Positions 14,023 to 25,560 of a stretch of 64,000 nucleotides of DNA are shown here, in pieces (position 1 is the first letter of the stretch; each line of letters begins with the position of its first letter). This DNA is from Eledone cirrhosa (taxonomy: Eukaryota). The position numbers were made by a program, and so were the translations under genes. The notes beneath the pieces were generated by a model, which saw only the letters and a list, made by a program, of their open reading frames with translations, ran no database searches and had not been told where the DNA came from. The DNA is taken from contig OZ024759.1 of the NCBI GenBank assembly GCA_964016885.1, positions 11,346,001 to 11,410,000 on the forward strand, given 5' to 3'.

Positions 14023-14025
<3 letters not shown>
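13591..14025 (+). mobile_element. Fold-back element: ~171-bp perfect arms (13591-13936) plus ~90 nt tail
   Basis: Centre CATTTAA-CTTT-TTAAATG; (TA)n both sides; homologous to 21336-21767. Confidence 0.85.
13829..13894 (+). ncRNA. Minimal type I hammerhead ribozyme motif (mirror copy on - strand in left arm)
   Basis: TATTTTGT-CTGAGGA-imperfect stem II-GAAA-TATATA-TA^ACGAAATA. Confidence 0.7.
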
Positions 14026-14073
<48 letters not shown>

Positions 14074-14290
14074 GTTACTTCATTTTCTTACAACATGACT
14101 AAAATGTTTCAGCAAAGCGAGCTAGGTGATTGTTGCGTTTCTCTGAAGAAACTCAGTGATCAACCAGCCTGTATTGATTACTGACACTGTTTGCTTGCAA
14201 ACAAACCAAATATGAATAATATTATGATATAATATTGTTATTTACTCACGAATACATTTAGGTATCCATGTTAAGAGCAAAAACAAATTT

Positions 14291-14353
<63 letters not shown>

Positions 14354-14386
14354 CATACATACACACACACACACATATATATATAT

Positions 14387-14506
14387 ATTTGTTTTGCAAT
14401 GTTTTTGATATGAAATCGTGTATTGAAACAAATATTGTTATATTTGGGGAGGGTCATATTTTTATCTCTGGCAATATTATAACAATATGACCCTCCCCAA
14501 ATATAA
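14387..14506 (-). mobile_element. Penelope-like family C, minimal fold-back with tail
   Basis: TTATATTTGGGGAGGGTCATATT ... AATATGACCCTCCCCAAATATAA; tail matches 16637-16685. Confidence 0.75.
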
Positions 14507-14520
14507 TATATATATATATA

Positions 14521-14797
14521 TGAAAGTGTTACAGTTTGCTTAAAGCATTATGGAATATGAAAAATAATCGTTTTGGAAGCCTCTACAATGCAGATGGGTA
14601 CCTTCCCAGGTAACAAAATCAGCTGGCTGTATGAGGAGAGAGGAAAATGGAAAGAAGCATAGAAAGAGACATAGAAAACATAAAAAAAGGCATAAAAAGA
14701 AAACCAGAGATAGTTACCTCATATTGTCACCTGATTTTGTTATCCGGAGATTTACTCCTCTGCATTGTAGAGGCCTCCAAAATGACTATTTTTCATA
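14521..14797. mobile_element. Diverged inverted-repeat element (family D)
   Basis: ~80-bp imperfect arms 14557-14636 / 14717-14797; related sequence at 16950-17007. Confidence 0.6.
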
Positions 14798-14802
14798 GAT
14801 AG

Positions 14803-14875
<73 letters not shown>

Positions 14876-14878
<3 letters not shown>

Positions 14879-15647
14879 TTGCGAGGTTTTTTATATGAAA
14901 TCGTGTGTCGAAACAAATATTGTTATACTTGGGGGTCATATTTGTGTAATAATATTGCCGGAATTAATAACGGACTATACGAACATGCCAGACAACAACA
15001 CGACGGTAACATAGACAACATAGAAATTAGAATAATATCTAAACATAGAAATGACCCAGCAGATAGGCAAATCAGAGAGGCCAGTGAAATAGAACTTAGA
15101 AGGCTAAGGCTAAACAGAAAAAATGAATGGAATAACAACACCACCCAAACAAACAATACTGACCTAAGAGAAGTATAAATAAATAAATACATACACAAGC
15201 ACAATAACAACAAACACATATAAACACACACTAGTAAACTAAGATAGAATACAATAACCAATACACAGTCACCCAAACATGAACACACATCAAACACTAT
15301 ACACACACGCAAACGCATGCGCAGAGGAGACAAAAAAAAAAAAAAAAATATACAGACTAAATAAAGATGGCGTAGGCATACAATACAACAGGAGGAAACA
15401 TAATAGCACCACTGACGATGTTGCAGATGTGCAACGAAAGAACTGTGTTAGACTATATATATGTGTTTGTGTCTATGTTATATCTGTATTTTTGACCGTT
15501 GGTCAGTCAATGGCAACATTGAGAACCGAATAAATTAAATTAACCGATATAAAAGACCCAGAAGCGAAAACCAACCAAACAGGGAGTGTGTTCTGTTATT
15601 AATTCCGGCAATATTATTACACAAATATGACCCTCCCCAAGTATAAC
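14876..15647 (+). mobile_element. Penelope-like element 3' fragment: GIY-YIG C-terminus, degenerate hammerhead, inverted 3' end
   Basis: GLYEHARQQH...RQIREASEI...LNRKNEW (to 15178); CTGACGA-T-GTTGCA-GATG-TGCAAC-GAAA at 15412-15439; 14921-14971 inverted versus 15594-15647. Confidence 0.8.
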
Positions 15648-15883
15648 TATATATATATATATATATATATTGGTAAACGGAATAGAAAATGCTGACAAAT
15701 TGTTCACAGTTGAAAAATGGTTTAATTAGGAATAAAAGAGTATTAGTGATTGTATGGGTTAGTATTCAATTGTGGTTTTAAGTTTTTAAGTTTTTACCGG
15801 TTGCGCATTTCTAAATGCTTTTCAAAAATAATTTTGAGATAGAGTGTCCGTGCTGTTTGCTCTGATCTGTATATATATATATA

Positions 15884-16685
15884 TTGTTATACTTGGGGAG
15901 GGTCATATTGTTATAATATTACCAGAAATAATAACAGAACACACTCACTGTTTGGTTTGGGTTGGTTTTCGCTTCTGTATCTTTTATATCTCCATAGTTT
16001 GATAGACTATATCTCCATACTTTGATAGACTATATCTCCATACTTTGATAGACTATATCTCCATACTTTGATAGGCTATATCTCCATACTTTGATAGACT
16101 ATATCTCCATACTTTGATAGACTATATCTCCATACTTTGATAGACTATATCTCCATACTTTGATAGGCTATATCTCCATACTTTGATAGACTATATCTCC
16201 ATACTTTGATAGACTATATCTCCATACTTTGATAGACTATATCTCCATACTTTGATAGGCTATATCTCCATACTTTGATAGACTATATCTCCATACTTTG
16301 ATAGGCTATATCTCCATACTTTGATAGGCTATATCTCCATACTTTGATAGACTATATCTCCATACTTTGATAGGCTATATCTCCATACTTTGATAGACTA
16401 TATCTCCATACTTTGATAGACTATATCTCCATACTTTGATAGACTATATATATATTTATATATTTATATCTGTATTTTTAACTGCTGGTCAATCGGTGAT
16501 AAACATTGATTGCCAAATAAATTAACTATGGAGATATAAAAGATACAGAAGCGAAAACCAACCCAAACCAAACAGTGAGTGTGTTCTGTCATTATTTCTG
16601 GCAATATTATAACAATATGACCCTCCCCAAGTATAACAATATTTGTTTCAACACACGATTTCATATCAAAAACCTTGCAAAACAA
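15884..16685 (+). mobile_element. Penelope-like family C copy with ~115-bp inverted arms and internal 23-bp minisatellite (15987-16447, ~20 copies)
   Basis: Arms 15884-15999 / 16524-16638; unit ATATCTCCATACTTTGATAGACT. Confidence 0.8.
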
Positions 16686-17203
16686 ATATATATATATATA
16701 TATATATATACATACAAACCGCGGACAACAGAGGCCACGCACCGTTCCTCTCCGACATATAACCCCCCCCCCCCCCTGAACCCCCCCCCCCCTCCAGTTG
16801 ATGGATGCGAATCCGAAATATAGGGACAATTAAATCTCTCCCAAGGTAGCTCTATCTCGTGTTATTATTTTTATTTTTTACGCTCTTTCCTACGTTCCTC
16901 TACACACTATACATCTTATTCTACATTTCCTCTTACATCTCTCTCTTCACCACCGGATTGTGTTACCCGGAGATTTACCCATCTGCATTGTTGAGGCTTC
17001 CAAAACGCCCCCCCCCCCCAAAAAAAAATTATATATATATAATATATATATATATATATAATATATATATAATATATATATATATATCTTTGCTTTTAAG
17101 TGTGATTTCAGGGCAATTTCACTGATCACATAGAGAAGCCAGCATTTTTTTTTCCCTTAATTCTTCCTGGTAAATTGGACTTCTTTAATATCATATACAA
17201 CTG

Positions 17204-17551
17204 TGAAGGCACATGGCTTAGTGGTTAGAACATTGGGCTTGCAATCGAAAGGTTGTGAGTTCAATTCTCGGACCAGGTGATGTGTTGTTTCCTTGAGCAA
17301 GACACTTTATTTCACATTGCTCCAGTTTACTCAGCTCTAGAAATGAGATGATAGGGACTGGGGTCCCTATCATTCCACTGTAAAGTGGTCGTGGAGGTGC
17401 CACGGCAAAAAAGCACCCAGCACTCACTGTAAATGAGGTTGGTGTTAGGAAGGGCATCCAGCTGTAGAAATCAAGCCAGCATCAGTTCCCGTCCCACCCT
17501 TGCAAGCAGGGAAAAGCGGACGTAAAATGAAATGATGATGATGATGATGAT
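17204..17551 (+). mobile_element. SINE family A, full length
   Basis: A box TGGCTTAGTGG, B box GAGTTCAATTC, CORE-like CCTTGAGCAAGACACTT, internal hairpin ATGATAGGGAC-TGGG-GTCCCTATCAT, RTE tail, (ATG)n. Confidence 0.93.
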
Positions 17552-17552
17552 A

Positions 17553-17960
17553 TGTAGGAGGTGAGTTTAATTGTAGCACAATAAAGCAATGCAAATATCA
17601 GATAAGTAGCACTCAACAGTTTATAGGACTGGAGTATAAATAATATAAAATCAAAAGATGGTTAAAAGAGTTCCATGTATATTATTATGCGCATTTCAAA
17701 AGCAAATATCATCGTGGGATGATATTTGCGTTCTCATCAGATAGAATAGGGAGACATGATATGAAGCTTAAAAAACACTTGCGAGCAGTGTTGATTTAAC
17801 ACTTCACTGCTCACAAGTGTTTTTTAAGCTTCATATCATCTCTCCCTATTTTATCTGATGAGAACGCAAATATCATCCCACGATGATATTTGCTTTTGAA
17901 ATGCGCATAATAAAATACATGGAACTCTTTTAACCATCTTTTGATTTTATATTATTTATA
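17553..17960 (-). mobile_element. Fold-back element: tail 17553-17634, ~156-bp arms 17635-17960
   Basis: Near-perfect inverted repeat; homologous to 49890-50295. Confidence 0.85.
17847..17917 (+). ncRNA. Minimal type I hammerhead ribozyme, intact core
   Basis: Stem I TATTTTAT/ATAAAATA; CTGATGA; 16-bp stem II (one mismatch) with CCAC loop; GAAA; palindromic TGCGCA; AUA cleavage triplet. Confidence 0.85.
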
Positions 17961-18737
17961 TATATATATATATATATGAAAAACATGGGGAGAAGAATAC
18001 TGCATGGTTGCACATGGAATACATATTATAAAATTAGTCCCTCATCAGTGATTTGCCAACGATCATTGGTATTTCATATATATATATATATAAAGAGCTA
18101 TCATTATATCTTGGGAGTTAACCAGAATCTTTTGTAAACAAGGTGTTATGTTATATCAGATCAATTGACCTAATTTAAGAGTTGAAGAAAGGAAAAAGAA
18201 ATTTGATACAAGAAATTCTATATTGCATATGTTGAGTTGATTTCAATTGATTTAGGTCAGGCCTTCTGCCTAACAATTTTGTGTGTGCTGTGTAGAGTGT
18301 GTGTTGTGTGTACTGTGTAGAGAATGTGTGTGTAGTGTGTGTGCGTCGAGAGTGTATGTGTATGTATAACCTATAATAAATGCCATGATCATGAAAGGAA
18401 GAAGATGATGTTGATATAATATAATATGCCCAATAATCAAGCCATCTCAAATCAATACAGATCAAAGTTTTACTTTTTAGTTTATATATATTTTTTAAAA
18501 ATGTTTATTTATTTATTTATATTTATTTATTTTTTGCTTGTGTAACACACCGCTGTTCAAAATCTATTTTTACCTGAGATACCTTAAATTAGAAATAAAA
18601 ATAAATTCAATTTATTCCCTCCTTCCCCCACACCATCTCAGTCAGTCTTTTTCTTTTTTAAATCAATTATTTACTATGATTTAAACTTCCCATCTTGGTA
18701 CATTAATACAGATTTTATGGGTTATATAGTCTCAAGG

Positions 18738-18786
<49 letters not shown>

Positions 18787-19158
18787 ATTATAGTGTAGTA
18801 CTTTACTATTTTCTTTGGCAAGATGAGATAAGCTCAATGCACTTTACCTTCCTCAGTCTCTCGGGAGTATAAACTGGACAATTAAGATATCAGCAATTAA
18901 AATATCCTGTTTTTAAGGGCTGTTCAAGTAGCAGAGTGTTTAAAATTCCAAATTATAAGACAGCCAAGGTTATGAAATTATTATTTATTTCTACATTTTT
19001 ATTCACATTTTGACACAGCTGAAATATCACACCGACTTGCAGACCATAAAGCACCCATGATGCGGATAATTAGTAACTAATAATTTCCAGTTGCTCTGTG
19101 AATGGATGTGATATTTTAGCAGTGTTCAAACGTGTGTAGAAATGTATATATATATATA

Positions 19159-19710
19159 TGCTGTGTGCAGGAGAGGCGGTTGCGCTGGTATGGACATGTG
19201 ATGCGTATGAAGGATGACAGCTGCATAAAAAGGTGCAGAGCACTAGAAGTTGATGGAAACCGCGGAGTGGGGAGACCCAAGATGACCTGGGATGAGGTGA
19301 TAAAAGCCGACCTTACCCAATTACACCTCTCAAAGGCAATGACACACGACCGTGACCTCTGGCGTCACGCAGTAATACAGAGTACCCGACCTCCCATGGG
19401 TACAAGCTGAAGCATATAGACAATATGCCCCCACACCCTCCCACCGCAAGGTGGTGGTGGAGGTGCCACGGCAAAAAAGCACCCAGCCCACACTGTAAAG
19501 TGGACGTGTAGGCGCCACGAAAAAGCACCCAGCACTCAATGTAAATGAGGTTGGTGTTAGGAAGGGCATCCAGCTGTAGAAATCAAGCCAAATCAGTTCC
19601 TGTATGAGCAAGAGATGGTCAGCCGACCAGACATTGCCCACAACAGGACAACCCGTCTAACCCATGCTAGCGGGGAAGAACGGACGTAAAACGGTGATGA
19701 TGATGATGAT
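19159..19710 (+). mobile_element. RTE LINE (family 1) 3' fragment
   Basis: RRLRWYGHVMRM...GRPKMTW...DRDLWR; 3' UTR; (ATG)n tail. Confidence 0.92.
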
Positions 19711-19764
19711 ATACACATGCAAGCAGGGAAGAGTGGACGTAAAATGATGATGATGATGATATAT

Positions 19765-20112
19765 AAGACCGGGCTAATACAGAAGACCCGACTTCCCACA
19801 GGTACAAGCCGAAACTGAAGCATATAAACAATATGCCCTCTCACTGCAAAGTGGTCGTGGAGGTGCCACGGCAAAAAAGCACCCAGCCCACAATGTAAAA
19901 TGGTCGTGTAAGAGACATGGAAAAAAAGCACCCAGTACTCACTGTAAATGAGGTTGGTGTTAGGAAGGGCATCCAGCTGTAGAAATCAAACCAGAGTCAG
20001 TTCCCGTATGAGCTAGACAAGGTCAGCCGACCGGGCACTGCCCACAACAGGACAACCCGTCTAACACATGCTAGCATAAAAGAATGGACGTAAAATGGTG
20101 ATGATGATGATG
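19765..20112 (+). mobile_element. RTE family 1 3' UTR, second copy
   Basis: Homologous to 19370-19710. Confidence 0.88.
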
Positions 20113-20139
20113 AGATATATATATTTATATATATATGTA

Positions 20140-20340
20140 TCCCGAGTTCAATCGGGGGTAACTACAGTAAGTAAGGTACTCAATACATAGTAGAATATAT
20201 ACAATATTTAATATAGAAATGGTTTCTGCAGGACTAGAACTGTTTCATTTGAAGGAAAGCACCAGGAAAGCTTTCCTCATGATTTCCTTCAAATGAAACA
20301 GTTCTAATCTTGTAGAAGCCATTTCTATATTGAATATTAT
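20140..20340 (-). mobile_element. Fold-back element family E with tail
   Basis: Arms 20203-20258 / 20283-20338; GTACTCAATAC motif shared with 883-960; fragments at 1132-1186 and 35622-35660. Confidence 0.65.
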
Positions 20341-21045
20341 ATATATATATATATGTATGTATATATATATACAAAGTTTTCTCGAAGATCGAGTTGAATC
20401 GTGAGTGTATTAAAATTCACAGAATAATGAGAAAAAACTCAACACAAGAAAAGCTGTTAAAACAGCAAAATGCCGTCAATGACAGTGTCAGATAAAGTTT
20501 ACCTCAAAAGACAGAAATCAGTAGCTAGAAGAAATGAGCAAAGGAAGAAGAGACAAGATCACACAAACATCATTTCATCTCATCAGCTCTGAGACCAGCT
20601 GTGGTTTCACACGATTTAACTTGAAAGGACGACATCAAATTGGTAGCTCGTGCAACAGAATATAAATATTTCTGCTGGTGTGATGTATGTATGTTAAAAT
20701 GAAAAATTAGATAGACAGACAGATTGGAGAAAGAGAAGTAAAATGCGTCCACGTGACACCAAGTCACTGCTAGAAAAGACAAGCCCTGGCACTGCAGAAG
20801 TGACAAGTAAGAGAGACAAGTAGGAGAAGAGAAGAGAAGCGCATACATCATGTATATATATATATATATGCATATCATCATCATCATCATCGTTTAACGT
20901 CTATCTTCCACGCTATCATATATATATATATATATATATGTGTATATATAAATAAATACAATATCGGCGAAAGCTTTTTAGCGATACTCCGATATATGTG
21001 TATATATATATATATATATATGTATATGTGTATATATATATATAT

Positions 21046-21046
<1 letters not shown>

Positions 21047-21080
<34 letters not shown>

Positions 21081-21196
21081 TTTACGTCCGCTTTTCCCTG
21101 CTTGCAAGGGTGGGACAGGTCTTATTCAGCACAGCACCTCTCCACTCGTCACGGTCCTTCGTCATCTCCACTGTGAGCTTCAATGATCTGAAGTCT
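21047..21196 (-). mobile_element. RTE LINE (family 2) 3' end
   Basis: Matches 58843-58980. Confidence 0.85.
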
Positions 21197-21235
21197 GATG
21201 ATGATGATATATGTGTATATATATATATATATATA

Positions 21236-21317
<82 letters not shown>

Positions 21318-21335
21318 TATATATGTATATATATA

Positions 21336-21767
21336 CAATGATATTAAATAAATGGAAACTATATTTATAAAACCATATTTATTCTATTATATATATTTTA
21401 AGGGTACCAAAACTTTGGTACGCTCTCATCAGATAAAATACCCAAGTTTGTTTTATAAATTTTGACATAACCAAGAAAAAATACCCCAACGGTTCAAGTT
21501 TTTATAGATAAACTTGAACCGTTGAGATATTTTTTCTTGGTTATGTCAAAATTTATAAAACAAACTTTGTATTTTATCTGATGAGAGCGTACCAAAGTTT
21601 TGGTACCCTTAAAATATATATAATAGAATAAATATGGTTTTATAAATATAGTTTCCATTTATTTGATATCATTGAATATTATACTCCAGAAAACCCGCCG
21701 AGTGCTCTGAATCAGTTATAAACATTTATATTTGTTGAATTACCAACAAATTGAATATCCCTTTTGC
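21336..21767 (+). mobile_element. Fold-back element: arms 21336-21674 plus ~93 nt tail; hammerhead 21570-21630 with GAAA changed to AAAA
   Basis: TATTTTAT-CTGATGA-GAGCGTACCAAA/TTTGGTACCCTT-AAAA-TATATA-TA-ATAGAATA. Confidence 0.85.
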
Positions 21768-21774
21768 TTATATA

Positions 21775-22352
21775 TCATCATCATCATCACCGTTTTACGT
21801 CCGTTCTTCCACGCTAGCATGGGTTAGACGGGTTGTCCTGTTGTGGGCAGTGTCTGGTCGGCTGACCATGTCTTGCTCATACAGGAACTGATCTGGCTTG
21901 ATTTCTACAGCTGGATGCCCTTCCTAACACCAACCTCATTTACAGTGAGTGCTGGGTGCTTTTTCGTGGCGCCTACACGTCCACTTTACAGTGTGGGCTG
22001 GGTGCTTTTTTGCCGTGGCACCTCCACGGCCACCTTGCGGTGGGGGGAGTGGGGGCATATTGTTTATATGCTTCAGCATGTACCCATGGGAGGTCGGGTA
22101 CCCTGTATTACTGCGTGACACCAGAAGTCACGGTCGTGTGTCATTGACTTTGAGAGGTGTAATTGGGTAAGGTCGGCTTTTATCACCTCATCCCAAGTCA
22201 TCTTGGGTCTCCCCACTCCGCGGTTTCCATCAACTTCTAGTGCTCTGCACCTTTTTATGCAGCTGTCATCCTTCATACGCATCACATGTCCATACCAGCG
22301 TAACCGCCTCTCCTGCACGCAGCATTTGATTCCTCTTATGCTCAGTCTCTCT
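21775..22352 (-). mobile_element. RTE family 1 3' fragment
   Basis: ORF 22073-22357 nearly identical to the 19159 copy, inverted. Confidence 0.92.
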
Positions 22353-22469
22353 CTCATATATATCTCATCATCATCATCAATACCATTTAATGCTTATTTT
22401 CCATGCTAGCATGGTGTTCATGGATATATATATATGCATATGTATGTATATATATATATGTATGTATAT

Positions 22470-22985
22470 CCATTTAAAAACAACAGACGGCCAAACTAGA
22501 AATATTCCTTTAAAGTTTTAATGTTTCAGAAACACTATATGTATTTCGTTGGTCTAGTTACATCCTCTGATCACGGTGTAAGGCTTTGGCGAGTTCATCA
22601 GGTGTGGATTGCAAAGTTATTTAATTGATAACAGGATTACGGCATACACACACAGCGAATTGAGAATAGATTTGATTTGGAGATGGTCTGTCAGTTTGGT
22701 GTTATTGTTAGGGTGAACCATCTCATATATCGACAGTCAATCGGCTAGATCCCAGATCTCACTCACTTAACGAGTGGAGCTCATCAAATCGGGCCGAGGA
22801 AACAATGTTTACATTGGTCTTTCTAATTGGCAATACTATCTATCGGTCGCAACTCCAGGTAGAAGGAGCAACGTGAAATACAGTGTCTTGCCCAAGGACA
22901 TAACGCATCTCCCGGTCCAGGAATCAATCTCACAACCTCATGATTCCAAATCTAATTCTCTAACCACTCAACCACACACCTTCAC
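22470..22985 (-). mobile_element. SINE family A', long copy with hammerhead-like motif near 3' end (22532-22605)
   Basis: tRNA head/CORE at 22865-22985; - strand ACAC-CTGATGA...GAAA-TACATA-TA-GTGT; (TA)n flanks. Confidence 0.65.
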
Positions 22986-23071
22986 TACATATATATATAT
23001 ATATGGTTAAAATATAGCAAAATAAGTGTTTGTTTGCTGTTTTGTGGTCGATGTTTGTTGTCAGATGGTGC

Positions 23072-25337
23072 TTGTGTAGTATACAGTGTTGTTGTGTGTA
23101 GTATACAGTGTTGTTGTGTGTAGTATACAGTGTTGTTGTGTGTAGTATACAGTGTTGTTGAGTGTGTAGTATACAGTGTTGTTGAGTGTGTAGTATACAG
23201 TGTTGTTGAGTGTGTAGTATACAGTGTTGTTGAGTGTGTAGTATACAGTGTTGTTGAGTGTGTAGTATACATCGTTGTTGTGTGTAGTATACAGTGTTGT
23301 TGAGTGTGTAGTATACAGTGTTGTTGAGTGTGTAGTATACAGTGTTGTTGAGTGTGTAGTATAGCGTTGTTGAGTGTGTAGTATACAGTGTTGTTGAGTG
23401 TGTAGTATAGTGTTGCTGAGTGTGTAGTATACAGTGTTGTGTTGAGTGTGTAGTATACAGTGTTGTTGAGCGTGTAGTATACAGTGTTGTTGTGTGTAGT
23501 ATACAGTGTTGTTGAGTGTGTAGTATACAGTGTTGTTGAGTGTGTAGTATACAGTGTTGCTGAGTGTGTAGTATGCAGTGTTGTTGAGTGTGTAGTATAG
23601 CGTTGTTGAGTGTGTAGTATACAGTGTCGTTGAGTGTATAGTATACAGTGTTGTTGAGTGTGTAGCATACAGTGTTGTTGAGTGTGTAGTATAGCGTTGT
23701 TGAATGTGTAGCATAGTGTTTTTGAGAGTGTAGTATACAGTGTTGTTGAGTGTGTAGTATACAGTGTTGTTGAGTGTGTAGTATACAGTGTTGTTGAGTG
23801 TGTAGTATACAGTGTTGTTGAGTGTGTAGTATACAGTGTTGTTGAGTGTGTAGTATAGTGTTGTTGAGTGTGTAGTATAGTGTTGTTGAGTGTGTAGTAT
23901 ACAGTGTTGTTGAGTGTGTAGTATACAGTGTTGTTGAGTGTGTAGTATGCAGTGTTGTTGAGTGTGTAGTATGCAGTGTTGTTGAGTGTGTAGTATACAG
24001 TGTTGTTGAGTGTGTAGTATACAGTGTTGTTGAGTGTGTAGTATAGTGTTGTTGAGTGTGTAGTATGCAGTGTTGTTGAGTGTGTAGTATACAGTGTTGT
24101 TGAGTGTGTAGTATAGCGTTGTTGAGTGTGTAGTGTACAGTGTTGTTGAGTGTGTAGTATACAGTGTTGTTGAGTGTGTAGTATAGCGTTGTTGAGTGTG
24201 TAGTATGCAGTGTTGTTGAGTGTGTAGTATAGTGTTGTTGAGTGTGTAATATAGTGTTGTTGAGTGTGTAATATAGTGTTGTTGAGTGTGTAGTGTACAG
24301 TGTTGTTGAGTGTGTAGTATGCAGTGTTGTTGAGTGTGTAGTATGCAGTGTTGTTGAGTGTGTAGTATACAGTGTTGTTGAGTGTGTAGTATAGCGTTGT
24401 TGAGTGTGTAGTGTACAGTGTTGTTGAGTGTGTAGTATACAGTGTTGTTGAGTGTGTAGTATAGTGTTGTTGAGTGTGTAGTATGCAGTGTTGTTGAGTG
24501 TGTAGTATACAGTGTTGTTGAGTGTGTAGTATAGCGTTGTTGAGTGTGTAGTGTACAGTGTTGTTGAGTGTGTAGTATACAGTGTTGTTGAGTGTGTAGT
24601 ATAGCGTTGTTGAGTGTGTAGTATGCAGTGTTGTTGAGTGTGTAGTATACAGTGTTGTTGAGTGTGTAGTATAGTGTTGTTGAGTGTGTAGTATGCAGTG
24701 TTGTTGAGTGTGTAGTATACAGTGTTGTTGAGTGTGTAATATACAGTGTTGTGTGGTATGTGTTGTGGGGTGTATAATATACAGTGTTGTGTGGTCTGTA
24801 ATATACAGTGTTGTGTGGTGGGGTCTGTGATATACAGTGTTGTGTGGTCTGTGTTGTGTTGTGTGGTCTGTGTTGTGTTGTGTTGTGTGGTCTGTGTTGT
24901 GTGGTCTATAATATACAGTGTTGTGTGGTCTGCGTTGTGTGGTCTATGATATATAGTGTTGTGTGGTCTGTGTTGTGTGGTCTGTGATATACAGTGTTGT
25001 GTGGTCTGTGTTGTGTGGTCTATGATATACAGTGTTGTGTGGTCTGTGTTGTGTGGTCTATGATATACAGTGTTCTGTGGTCTGTGTTGTGTGGTCTATG
25101 ATATACAGTGTTGTGTGGTCTGTGTTGTGTGGTCTGTGATATACAGTGTTGTGTGGTCTGTGTTGTGTTGTGTTGTGTGGTCTGTGTTGTGTGGTCTATG
25201 ATATACAGTGTTCTGTGGTCTGTGTTGTGTGGTCTATGATATACAGTGTTGTGTGGTCTGTGTTGTGTGGTCTGTGATATACAGTGTTGTGTGGTCTGTG
25301 TTGTGTTGTGTTGTGTGGTCTGTGTTGTGTGGTCTGT
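23072..25337. repeat. 22-24 bp minisatellite GTGTGTAGTATACAGTGTTGTTGA grading at ~24745 into GTGTTGTGTGGTCT variant
   Basis: Direct reading. Confidence 0.96.
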
Positions 25338-25560
25338 GTCAGTTATAATTACTATCAACTGCTACTTAGTTCAGAGTAGCTAATGTAAACATTAGAATTA
25401 CAAGAAAGAGAGAACTAAAAATAGCTGCAGTCATCAATCAAGCAGCCATGTTTAATTACAGCTCCGCTCCACTGGACTATTGCCAGACATGCAGCAACTT
25501 TTACACTTCTTTCGTTGCTCTTTCTCTTTTTTAATTTCTTTATGAACACGGTCAAAGTAG

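Noticed and set aside
17204-17280. tRNA genes at SINE heads
   Set aside because: Run directly into CORE-like and LINE-derived sequence; multi-copy SINEs.
18840-18880. Possible - strand micro-exon (ccag...AAG|gtaaag)
   Set aside because: 26 nt, no recognisable homology; expected by chance.
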